Origin: Octopus sinensis
Lineage: Eukaryota
NCBI RefSeq assembly: GCF_006345805.1
Contig: NC_043004.1
Span: forward strand, 84,196,001-84,260,000
Reading direction: 5' to 3'
Length of the DNA: 64,000 nt
Shown: piece after piece, positions 42,044 through 52,293 of the stretch
Layout of the letters: every line of letters starts with the position of its first letter
Numbering within the stretch: position 1 is the first letter of the stretch
Made by a program: the position numbers and the translations under genes
Notes under the pieces: model-generated
What the model was told of the DNA's origin: nothing
The model's input: the letters and a program-made list of their open reading frames with translations, nothing else
Databases searched by the model: none

Positions 42044-43316
42044 TATTGTGTCATCCTATAAATGTTGCCGATTTTTATACTTCTTTACTTTTACAAAATG
42101 GATATAAACAAAGTTCTTTTCAAATCTAAAATATACTCTACTTCATTTTTTGCAATGCTCTTAAATCTATCTGGTAGACTCGCAAGGCCCCGCTTCCAAA
42201 ATTCACTTGTCAGTGATGAAAAATGATCTTCCCCTACTGTTGTGACATCGTTTTAAGAAGAATTCATAATTTTTTCCGTCAAAATCATTTTGAAGAATGC
42301 GGAATGAATGATAATCAGATAAGGCAATGTCCGGCGAATGTGATTTGTGCGGCATCGCTTCTCATTCAATCTGCTCCAGCCTTTCGAATGTCATCCTCGC
42401 TAACATTATCCCGATTGAAGAGCATTATCTTGGCGGAAGAATACTTTCCTCTTGACACCAGAGATGGTCATTTTTCTTCTAGCGCTGACTTAACCCAGTA
42501 AAGATGCTCACAGTAGATCTCATTTATTATCGTATGGATTGGGTTTAGAATTCAAAGTCGACATAACCTTTCATACCCAACCAAACAGATAACAACTCCT
42601 TACGTGGATGAAGACCTCTTTTAGCCTGGTGTGTTGGTTTTTCCTCCTTTTCTTACCTACAATTTTATAGAAAACCAATTTCTTGTTACCAGGCATTATT
42701 CGGTCCAAAAAAACTTCATTCGTGAGACGTGATAGCTTAGAAAGGCACGCATTCAATCTCGGCACGCGATTAGACTTTGGAAGTTTGTGACCCATCTGAC
42801 CCAATTTGATCCATTTTCCGATAACACGTAAGTGGTTATGAAAAGTTGAATGACCAGATCCAAGATTCTCTGCTAGTTTCTCCACAGTCACGATGGGATT
42901 TTGTTTCACCAAATTTTTCAGGGCATACTTGTCGAGCTCTACTGTTTATACAGAATGGGGCTCGTCTTCTACGATGTAGTTTTTCAGCTCAGAATTTCTG
43001 GAACCACCGACGACACTAGCTTACGCTTATTGACCAATCCCCATATACTGAATGGATATCCATCGCACTTGCCAATACGTTCTTGCTTTTAATGAGCTCA
43101 TAAAGGAAAATATGCCGAATATACTCCTTTGTTGTTTATATTATATATTTGAAATAGATATATAAACAACTGTTAATATCGAATTGCACTCTTCAAATTT
43201 GCACTAACAATAAGGACAAGGTAAAATTACTACCTGGTTTTATAGCAAGTTGATGGAGGTAGTTTATTCCATCCATTTAGTTCATACAATTGAAACATTA
43301 GATTATTTATGGATGC

Positions 43317-43322
<6 letters not shown>
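42044..43322 (-). mobile_element. Full-length (about 1.28 kb) decayed mariner
   Basis: TIRs TATTGTGTCATCCTATAAAT and ATTATTTATGGATGCCCATA within (TA)n. Transposase remnants KQNPIVTVEKLAENLG, FLDRIMPGNKK, RQDNA, PDIALSDYHSFRILQN, FWKRGLASLPDRF. Confidence 0.88.
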
Positions 43323-43400
<78 letters not shown>

Positions 43401-43467
43401 TGTGTGCGTGTGTGTGTATGTATTTATGTATGTATATATATATATAATTATATAAATATTTTTTTTT

Positions 43468-43509
43468 CTAGTTTCAGCTCAGAGTTGTGGCCATGCTGAT
43501 GCACCGCCG

Positions 43510-43510
<1 letters not shown>
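43468..43510 (-). mobile_element. Isolated LINE/SINE 3' tail (about 40 bp)
   Basis: Minus strand ACGGCGGTGCATCAGCATGGCCACAACTCTGAGCTGAAACTAG, preceded on that strand by (TA)n. Confidence 0.6.
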
Positions 43511-43557
<47 letters not shown>

Positions 43558-43735
43558 TATATATATATGTATGTATGTATGTATGTATATATGTATATAT
43601 GTATATATATAGAGAGAGATATATATATATATAATAATTATTTTAGAGAATATTAATCTTAACTTACAGGGAAAAAATTCAATTTAGAAATAAAAAATCA
43701 AATTTCACAGAATATAATACATATATATATATTAG

Positions 43736-44027
43736 AAAAACACACCTTTTCTCAATTCAAAATGAACAATTAAATTACACCGTCTAGAAAATTACATATG
43801 ATAGAAATATTAAATTTAAAATAACAATAAAATACTAATGATTAAGTAAATTGCAAAAACTAATAAAAATGTTATTCTATCAATTATATACAATTTAATT
43901 ATTTTTTGGCAATTTACGTAATCATTGGTATTTTATTGTTATTTTAACTTTTATGTTGCTGTTATATGTTATTTTCTAGATGGTGTAATTTAATTGTTCA
44001 TTTTGAATTGATAAAAGGTTGTTTTTT
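43736..44027. repeat. Inverted repeat (arms 43736-43859 and 43902-44027) beside (TA)n
   Basis: Core TCAATTCAAAATGAACAATTAAATTACACC versus GGTGTAATTTAATTGTTCATTTTGAATTGA; roughly 85% identity over about 125 bp. Confidence 0.92.
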
Positions 44028-44035
44028 GTAATCTT

Positions 44036-44123
<88 letters not shown>

Positions 44124-44609
44124 AGATAGAGAGTGATACATCCATACATATTCACAAAATGCACATATATGTATGCATGTCTTCCGGTATCTGCGAATAT
44201 TATATAATATTTGCAGTAAGAACAGAATTAATAACAAGTTTACAGCATAAGATTCCTGAACAAAAAATGAAGCCAACTAAGATAAAATGAAGTACTGAAA
44301 ATTGAAGTGGACAGTGCATACCTCTTTTCGCATCATTTCCAATTATGATTGTAACAAACACCATGTTGATGTAAGTGATTGCTATTATCTGTCCATTTTC
44401 ATCAAGAAAACGTACGATACAGAATGTCTTAATATCTGTAGACTATTGATCACAAAATATTTATGTCAGTTTGCATTTGCCATCATTGGTATAAGAATAA
44501 TATCGTTACTTGTTTAGTAGTGAATTTCATTAATATACGCAGCTGCCAGGAAAAAAAAAAATTAGAAAAAAAACAAGGAAAAAAACCCGAAGAATATATA
44601 CTCTTTTTT

Positions 44610-44830
44610 CTCTTTTTACACTTTTTAAATTTTAGTCATTTGCGTGCAACCATGCTGGAGCACCGCCTTTAATCGAGCAACTCGACCCCGGGACTTATTC
44701 TTTTGTAAGCCCAGTACTTATTCTATCGATCTCTTTTGCCGAAACGCTAAGTAACGGGGACATGACACACCAGCATCGGTTGTCAAGCAATGCAAGGGGA
44801 TCAAACACAGACACACAAACACACACACGC

Positions 44831-44890
<60 letters not shown>

Positions 44891-45072
44891 ATATATATAT
44901 ACATATATACGACGGGCTTCTTTCAGTTTCAGTCTACCAAATCCACTCACAAGGCTTTATTCGGGCCGAGGCTATAGTAGAAGAGACTTGCCCAAGATGC
45001 CACGCAGTGGGACTGAACCAGGAACCATGTGGTTGGTAAACAAGCTACTTACCAAACAGCCACTACCGCGCC

Positions 45073-45075
<3 letters not shown>
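44610..45075 (-). mobile_element. CORE-like SINE with LINE-type tail (copy C) and expanded internal (TA)n
   Basis: All modules of copy A; internal TA tract at about 44831-44908. Confidence 0.88.
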
Positions 45076-45138
<63 letters not shown>

Positions 45139-45176
45139 TAATATATATATATATCTATATATATAATATATATATC

Positions 45177-45209
<33 letters not shown>

Positions 45210-45409
45210 TTATATATTCTATTGTTTCATTCCTAAGACTAAAGTCATATTGGGACAAGGCTATGAACGGCTTTAGTGGAATACATAAACTACCTATTCT
45301 GTCAAAGAATCGCTGAGTTACAGGGAAGTAAACAACCAATACTTGTTGTCACGTACAGGGGTATGTCTGAGAAATATAAGCAAGCACCATGCATATCTAC
45401 GTTCATATA

Positions 45410-45700
45410 TGTATGCGTGGTTTAGTGCTTTAGGTATTTGGCTAACGATCGTAAGGTCTTGATTTCGATTCCAGGTGACGCTTTGTATCCTTGAGCAAGG
45501 CACTTTATTTTCACGTTGTTCCAGTCCACCCAGCTGGCGAAAGTAATCAGTACCTGTATTTCAAAGGGCCATCCTTGTCACAATCTGTGTCATACTGATT
45601 CTCCCTGAGAACAATTTGAAGGATACATGTGTCTGTGGAATGCTCATCCACTTGCACGTCAATTGCATGAGGAGGATATTTTCCGTTGATCGTATCAGCT
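45410..45700 (+). mobile_element. tRNA-head CORE-like SINE (second tail type)
   Basis: GCGTGGTTTAGTG...GATTTCGATTCC, then TGTATCCTTGAGCAAGGCACTT (CORE-like). Confidence 0.75.
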
Positions 45701-45990
45701 GTGACTGCATGGCTTAGTGGTTAGAGTATTACACTCACGATTACGAAAACGTGGGCTCGATTCCCAGATCGGGCGTTGAGTTGTGTTCTTATCAAAGCAC
45801 TTTTTTTCACGTTACTCTGCGATCATTTCGCTCTCTGACATGCGGCACCCATGTTGCACCTGAACAAGTAATATCAATTTAACGGAGCTTATGTCTACAC
45901 AAATCACTATCAACAAATCATTTGGGTGGTTGTTCCGTAAGAAACTGTCGAGACTTCATACGTCGTCTAACGGCGGAAGAGACCATTATA
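45701..45990 (+). mobile_element. tRNA-head SINE, tandem to the previous copy
   Basis: GCATGGCTTAGTGGTTAGAG...GGCTCGATTCCCAGATCGGG, then TGTTCTTATCAAAGCACTT. Confidence 0.6.
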
Positions 45991-45993
45991 TAT

Positions 45994-46057
<64 letters not shown>

Positions 46058-46099
46058 TTTAAAAAAGGAAATGTGGAACACGAGTTGTGATATATAAAA

Positions 46100-46393
46100 A
46101 AAGGAAATGAAGAAAATGCTGGCAAAATAATTTAAGTAAGGGAGAGTGTATTTAATTAGGTGAAAGTTCTTTTTACCGGTTGCACATTTGTTATGCTTAT
46201 CAAAAGATGTTTTGAGTTCCTTTCTGATTGATTTTTTTCTCTATCAGATAAAAGAAAAAAATAAATGAGGAAGGAACTCAAATCATCTTTTCATAAGCAT
46301 AACAGATGCGCAACCGGTAAAAAGAACTTTCACCTAATTAAATACACTCTCCCTTACTTAAATTATTTTGCCGGCATTTTCTTCATTTCCTTT
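46100..46393. repeat. Near-perfect foldback (arms about 46100-46240 and 46253-46393, loop about 12 nt) flanked by TA
   Basis: AAAGGAAATGAAGAAAATGCTGGCAAAATAATTTAAGTAAGGGAGAGTGTATTTAATTAGGTGAAAGTTCTTTTTACCGGTTGC versus its reverse complement; each arm holds a degenerate hammerhead-like motif. Confidence 0.95.
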
Positions 46394-46404
46394 ATATATA
46401 TATA

Positions 46405-46451
<47 letters not shown>

Positions 46452-46472
46452 ATATAGGATGGTTGTCTAGTC

Positions 46473-46764
46473 CTTATGCAGTAGCACCACCTTTAGTCGA
46501 ACAAACCGACCCCAGGACTCATCCTTTGTAAGCCTAGTTCTTATTCTATCAGTCTATTTTGCCGAACTGCTATGTTACGGGGACATAAACGCCGCAGCAT
46601 CGCTCATATATACATATACGACGGTCTTCTGTCAGTTTCCGTCCAACAAATCCACTCAAAAGTCTATAGTCGAGACTATAGCAGAAGACGCAGTCTCGGA
46701 GGTTCAACGCAGCGGGAATGAACCCGGAACCAAGCTTCTTAACACACAGCCACGCCTGTGCCTA
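46473..46764 (-). mobile_element. CORE-like SINE (copy D, degenerate)
   Basis: Same modules as copies A and C, with internal deletions. Confidence 0.75.
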
Positions 46765-46769
46765 TATAC

Positions 46770-46850
<81 letters not shown>

Positions 46851-46852
<2 letters not shown>

Positions 46853-47440
46853 ACTATGGTCACCACACAATATAAAGTTAACAGCAGAACTCGAAGCAAT
46901 TCAACGAAGCTACACTAAAAAGATCGTCTCAATGCAACGTACCAGCTACTGGGAAAGACTGAAAGTATTAAAACTCTTCTCCCTAGAGCGAAGACGGGAG
47001 AGATATGCAGTGATATACATCTGGAAAATCCTGGATGGTCTTGCCCCAAACTTTGGCATTCAAAGTTACCCCAACAGCAGAACGGGGCGCCACTGCATGC
47101 TGCCAAAGATTCCAAAATCACCATCAAAATACAGGACAGATACTGCAACAGCTTGGATTTCAGAGAACCACAGCTCTTCAATATCATTTCTAAATGCCTG
47201 AGAGACCTGCGTGTTGCGGATGTGGGTTTCTTTAAAACTAAACTCGATCTCTTCTTGTCAGGGGTTCCAGATGAACCTACCTCTTGACAAGAAACACAGA
47301 TGCCGGCAGCGGCATCGAACTCCTTTGCTGATCAAGTGCCACGTATCAGAGGTGGTTTCACATACTAGTGTAGCTCATTTAACGGTGGTGCCCCAGCATG
47401 ACCGCAGACTTCGGGTTGAAACATTTTTTAAGATTTAAGG
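46851..47440 (+). mobile_element. CR1/L2-group LINE, 5'-truncated 3' end
   Basis: QLWSPH..LEAIQRSYTKKI; SYWERLKVLKLFSLERRRERYAVIYIWKILDGLAPN; FKTKLDLFLSGVPDEP; 3' tail with short TTTAAGGA repeats. Confidence 0.88.
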
Positions 47441-48578
47441 ATTTAAGGATATTAATATATGCTTGTGTGTATGCATTTATGTATAATATATGTATATATG
47501 TATATTATGCGTATAAATAACCATATATATGAACATCTGTGAATGAAGATATCTGCGACAGTTAGTGTAGTTAATGTCCTTTGAAGCAATTTCAGTTGTA
47601 ATGAAATTCAGTTTTTGCTTCTCTTGTATGTATTTGCATGCGTGTATGCGCATGTGTGTGTGTTTGTGCGCGTATGCGTCTGTGCGTAGTCGTTTCTTCT
47701 TTAAGCAACCCTACTACTTTCATGAATACACACATTTATAGACATATTTGTAATATTTCTACACACTTTTCTAACGTAAAATCTGTCATTCAATCGAATA
47801 CCACAGTACACTCATGCAATTTTATTAATTACTTTCTACTTCTCAACAATTTTAATATTACTTTACCAATATATATATATATATAACACGTATCTCTGCT
47901 ACATCGCGAGGTCCCAATCTTGTATTCTTTTGTTAAAATCCTTAATTTCATTACATATTTACTCGCTTGCAGAGATTACATTTCGTCACACTATCTCCTA
48001 AGTCATGATAAGACTATTTTCTTTGCCCTGTATAGTCTAATAATGGAACATATTAATAAGGATTTGCTATATAAAAAACAAATCAAGATATATTCCTGAG
48101 CACGGTTGAAGCAGAGAATTACTGCTCTCATGTTTCTCCCACATTCGGTTTTTTCCATATATAATTAAGACATGCAGATAACATAAGTATATGGGCGTCT
48201 ATAACTGTTTTCGACGCCTACATGCTTACAAGTAGACATCGTAAGACCGTCGACAGTTTCTAATTATCGCAATCACATTTCGACGGGAATTTATTTATTT
48301 ATATATATATATGACAAAGTGAAGTTGTAAGGTATCTCACGAGCAGAAATATATTTGAAAGAAGGTTAGAAAATGCAATTATAAAGATACATCTGTAAGA
48401 TTGCTTTTATTCAAACCTTTTTTCATATATATATAAGATAGCACCAAACAAGCAGGAGGAACCAAAAGTAATAAAAATTATTAATCTAACTCACAAGGAA
48501 CTAACAGCAAACCAAATAAACATACTTTCCAAAGGACTCAAGTTTACACCAACCCCACAACACCCCAACTACAATGAA

Positions 48579-50732
48579 ATGAAAGAAGACATCGCAGAAT
48601 TCTGCAGACAATTAAGACTTACTGAGGAGCTATACGATAAATACAACGAGGACGAATCGTTAGCCAGAAATAGGAGTAACTACACCCCCTCGAAAGGTAA
48701 GAACAAAACACTTGATGATTTCTGTGACCACATATCAAATTACCCATATCAACATATGCACAAACAAAAACACAAACCAAACTTCAGCAAAAAAGAATGG
48801 GCTGAGTTGAACAAATTAAAACTAGATAAAACAATAACAATCAAAGAGGCCGATAAAGGGAGTGCTGTTGTCTTAATGGATACGACATTTTACATAACTT
48901 TGGTACTTTCTATGCTGGAAGACACAACATACTATGAAAAGGCACAAAACTACAGTCAACAAAAAATAATGAGGGAACTAAAATCCATATTAAACCCATA
49001 CAAAGCAGGGCTCACCGACAAAGAATATGATTATATGACCAATTTCACAAGCAAAACCAGCCAATTCTACGGTATACCTAAGATCTACAAAAGTGAGAAA
49101 ATAAGCAACGCATGCAAGATAGCTACAGACAAAATAATTAAAGTCCCTAATCCTAACGACCTCAAATTGAGACCCATAATAGCAGGTCCCGGATGCGAAA
49201 CCCACCGCCTCAGTAACTTTTTAGACACCCTGTTAAAACCACTCCTAAAACATGTCAAAAGCTATATAAGGGACGACTTAGATATGCTCAATCACCTACC
49301 GAATACTATAAACAAAAACACCATACTGGTATCCTTCGATGTAGTCAACCTCTACTCCGATATCCCCCACAACCTAGGACTAGAGGAAATCCAATTCTGG
49401 CTAGAAAATCACGCCAAAAAACTACCACATCGCATCAAAAAAGAATTCGTGATAGAAGGGGTTAAATTCATCCTGGAAAATAACTTCTTCGCCTTCAATG
49501 ACAACTTCTACCGACAAAAATCGGGGACTGCGATGGGTACACGAATGGCCCCCTCCTTTGCCAACCTAGTCATAGGATATCTAGAGATCAGTCTGTATCG
49601 TAAGGTTCTAGAAAGATATGGCAGCCCTTTCACCATCTACATAGAAAACAACCGGAAGAGATATCTAGATGACTGTTTCATCCTTTGGCATAAAAATATA
49701 GAAAAACTCATAGAATTCCAGGAAATTTTAAACGGACTGGACGTAAACATCCAATTCACGATGGAATATAGCCAGCAACAACTCCCCTTCCTCGATATCC
49801 TCATTAAGAAAGCTAATAATATAATAGAAACAGACATATATAATAAGCCTACAGACTCAAAGCAATATCTTCCATTCAATTCATGCCACCCCAGACACAC
49901 CAGGATGAATATCCCCTTCAGCCTAGCAAAAAGGATATGCACTATAGTCTCGAACACAAACACCAGAGACACACGACTACAAGAACTAAAAGATACCCTT
50001 ATCACCAGGAACTATCTACCTTCACTTATTGACAAGTGCATTCAACGTGCCCTTCAACTTAACATCAAGGAACTGAGACATCCCAAATCAAAGAAAAACT
50101 TACAACCAAAAGCCTTACCATACATCTCCACACACAGCCCTCTCAATAACGAAGCCTTCGGCACCATCCTCCACAACATACCCCTCCTAAAAAAAGACCA
50201 CAGAATGAACACAATCCTCCAAACACACACGATCATAAAAAGCAAGAGACAGCCTAAATCCATGAAAAGTCTCCTAACACAAGCCCGAATTCACTCTTCA
50301 ACACAGAAGCCGACATTAAAAAAATGTGGAAGACCCAATTGCGGGATATGCGACTATCTAATTGAGGGATCAGAGTTCTCCTTCAAACAGGGACAACGGT
50401 TTACAGTGAAAAGCAACTTCACATGTGCTTCGGGGAACCTAATATACTCACTAACCTGCTCCGGGTGTCAAGAGCAGTACATAGGCCAAACAAAAAATAG
50501 TTTGCGTGAACGAATGGCCCTGCACAGATCCCAGATAAAAATTCCCCAAAACAGAAAAATAGCTTTTAGCCAACACATAGATACCTGCGCCAACAAAAAA
50601 ATACCAAGCTTCAGGATTTTCCCCCTCTACCAATTTAGGGCCGATACAACCTCGAGACAACGAATAAGTAAAGAAACTCTCTTTATTGCAAAATACAGGC
50701 CACTTCTTAACGGGTCTACGACAAACAATTAA
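48579..50732 (+). CDS. Penelope-type reverse transcriptase and GIY-YIG endonuclease (717 aa, uninterrupted; true start lost)
   Basis: LRPIIAG; LVSFDVVNLY; GTAMGTRMAPSFANL; RYLDDCF; LPFLD; YNKPTDSKQYL..NSCHP; CGRPNCGIC linker; LIYSLTCSGCQEQYIGQT..LRERMALH. Confidence 0.95.
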   Translation: MKEDIAEFCRQLRLTEELYDKYNEDESLARNRSNYTPSKGKNKTLDDFCDHISNYPYQHMHKQKHKPNFSKKEWAELNKLKLDKTITIKEADKGSAVVLMDTTFYITLVLSMLEDTTYYEKAQNYSQQKIMRELKSILNPYKAGLTDKEYDYMTNFTSKTSQFYGIPKIYKSEKISNACKIATDKIIKVPNPNDLKLRPIIAGPGCETHRLSNFLDTLLKPLLKHVKSYIRDDLDMLNHLPNTINKNTILVSFDVVNLYSDIPHNLGLEEIQFWLENHAKKLPHRIKKEFVIEGVKFILENNFFAFNDNFYRQKSGTAMGTRMAPSFANLVIGYLEISLYRKVLERYGSPFTIYIENNRKRYLDDCFILWHKNIEKLIEFQEILNGLDVNIQFTMEYSQQQLPFLDILIKKANNIIETDIYNKPTDSKQYLPFNSCHPRHTRMNIPFSLAKRICTIVSNTNTRDTRLQELKDTLITRNYLPSLIDKCIQRALQLNIKELRHPKSKKNLQPKALPYISTHSPLNNEAFGTILHNIPLLKKDHRMNTILQTHTIIKSKRQPKSMKSLLTQARIHSSTQKPTLKKCGRPNCGICDYLIEGSEFSFKQGQRFTVKSNFTCASGNLIYSLTCSGCQEQYIGQTKNSLRERMALHRSQIKIPQNRKIAFSQHIDTCANKKIPSFRIFPLYQFRADTTSRQRISKETLFIAKYRPLLNGSTTNN

Positions 50733-50869
50733 TGTACCTCAACTTTAGAATAAAAAAAATATTCACACACAAATATTACATTCCAAAGAATCCATTACTA
50801 ATCACAGCTAAAATCACGGCTATAATCCATAACATACCAACTTCAAGTCATACAACACCTAACTACTTT

Positions 50870-51125
50870 AACCCATTCATATTCTCCCTTCTCTGTTTTT
50901 TTCTTCTGCTTCCTCTTCTTCTTCTTTATCATCATCATTATCATCATCATCGTCGTCATAATCATCACCGCCATCACCATCATCGTCATCTTCTCCTTCT
51001 CCTTCTTCTTCTTCTTCTTCATCATCATCATCATCAACATCGTCATCTTCTTTTTCTTCTTCTTCTTCTTCTTCTTCTTGTTCTTCCTCTCCTTCTTCTT
51101 CTTCTTCTTCTTCTACTTCTCCACC
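50870..51125. repeat. (CTT)n/(CAT)n compound tract within the PLE 3' UTR
   Basis: Seen directly; source of ORF 50732-51160. Confidence 0.9.
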
Positions 51126-51474
51126 TCCTACCCCTTAACTTTGTCACTAACGTTTTTTAGTATAACACCTACGCAAATTCTATAAACAAGCCTTTCAATA
51201 TAAATATTCTCCTGAATTGAACTGCGACTGCCAGCCGCCACTGACCATTCAAAATACGACCATCAGGGCACTCCCAGATTCTCCCACCCCCTTTCATCAC
51301 CAGCCTTCTTCCTCTACTACCCTACCAAGAACTCACAACAACCTCCAACATACAAGTGCAAACAAGGGAGTCAGAGAAAGGCAGAATGCCACTTAAATCT
51401 GAACACTACTATAGAAATATTCCTTTAAAAAAACTTTTCTTCTAATTTTTCTAAATTTAATTATTTAATCGTTA

Positions 51475-51512
51475 CAGTTGAAAAGGTCTCAAAATGACCG
51501 AAACTGTTACTG
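51475..51512 (+). ncRNA. Hammerhead-like motif with U3/A8 core variant at the PLE 3' end
   Basis: CAG-TTGAAAA-GGTC-tcaaaat-GACC-GAAA-CTGTTA-CTG: perfect 4-bp stem II, stem I CAG/CTG, pseudo-palindromic stem III; cleavage-site register ambiguous. Confidence 0.55.
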
Positions 51513-51599
51513 AAATGTTCACTATAAAATTACTTTAGCATTTTCTATTTTTGACTTGTTTTTTCATATATATCAACTCGTGTGTTCCTTTTCACCCTT

Positions 51600-51681
<82 letters not shown>

Positions 51682-51737
51682 TATATATGTATATAAATGA
51701 TATATATATTATATATGTATATGTATATATATATATC

Positions 51738-51813
<76 letters not shown>

Positions 51814-51930
51814 ATATAGATATATATTATATATATAATACTAATGTAGGTGGATAAAATATTTTCGGGAAAAAAATTTTATCAACGGCCAGCATATCAA
51901 AAAATACCTTTAAAGTTTAAATTATAAAAT

Positions 51931-52258
51931 AATTTAAAAGATGAGTGCAAAATAAAAATTCTATTGCCAAATATCCCGACAAAAAAACAATAATTGTCAA
52001 TAAACCATTATAATTTATGCGTCTCGAAACAAACCGATAGAAATCTCTAAAAAATTCGTTATTACCGTATTGGTCCAATTTCGGGGCTAATTCGTAAGGA
52101 AATTTTCGCCGAATTGGACCAATACGGTAATAACGAATTTTTAGAGATTTCTATCGGTTTGTTTTGAGATTCATAAATTATAATGCTTTATTGACAATTA
52201 TCCTCTTTTTTTCGGCATATTTGGCAATAGATTTTTCTTTTGCCCTTGTCTTGTAAAT

Positions 52259-52259
<1 letters not shown>
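51931..52259. repeat. Foldback (arms about 51947-52080 and 52112-52243) between (TA)n tracts
   Basis: Inner 54/53 nt are exact reverse complements except one A/T indel; outer parts more diverged. Confidence 0.95.

Positions 52260-52293
<34 letters not shown>

Larger units (their letters stand above)
48435..51573 (+). mobile_element. Penelope-like element (Neptune-like), 5'-truncated, with 3' UTR/pLTR
   Basis: Frame is open back to the (TA)n junction (IINLT...LSKGLKFTPTP motif upstream of the ATG). RT and GIY-YIG ORF, 3' UTR with (CTT)/(CAT) tract, hammerhead-like motif, ends TTTTTTCA(TA)n. Confidence 0.93.

Noticed and set aside
47960-48012. Hammerhead-like GACGAAATGTA on the minus strand
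   Set aside because: No CUGANGA-like core or stem I found.
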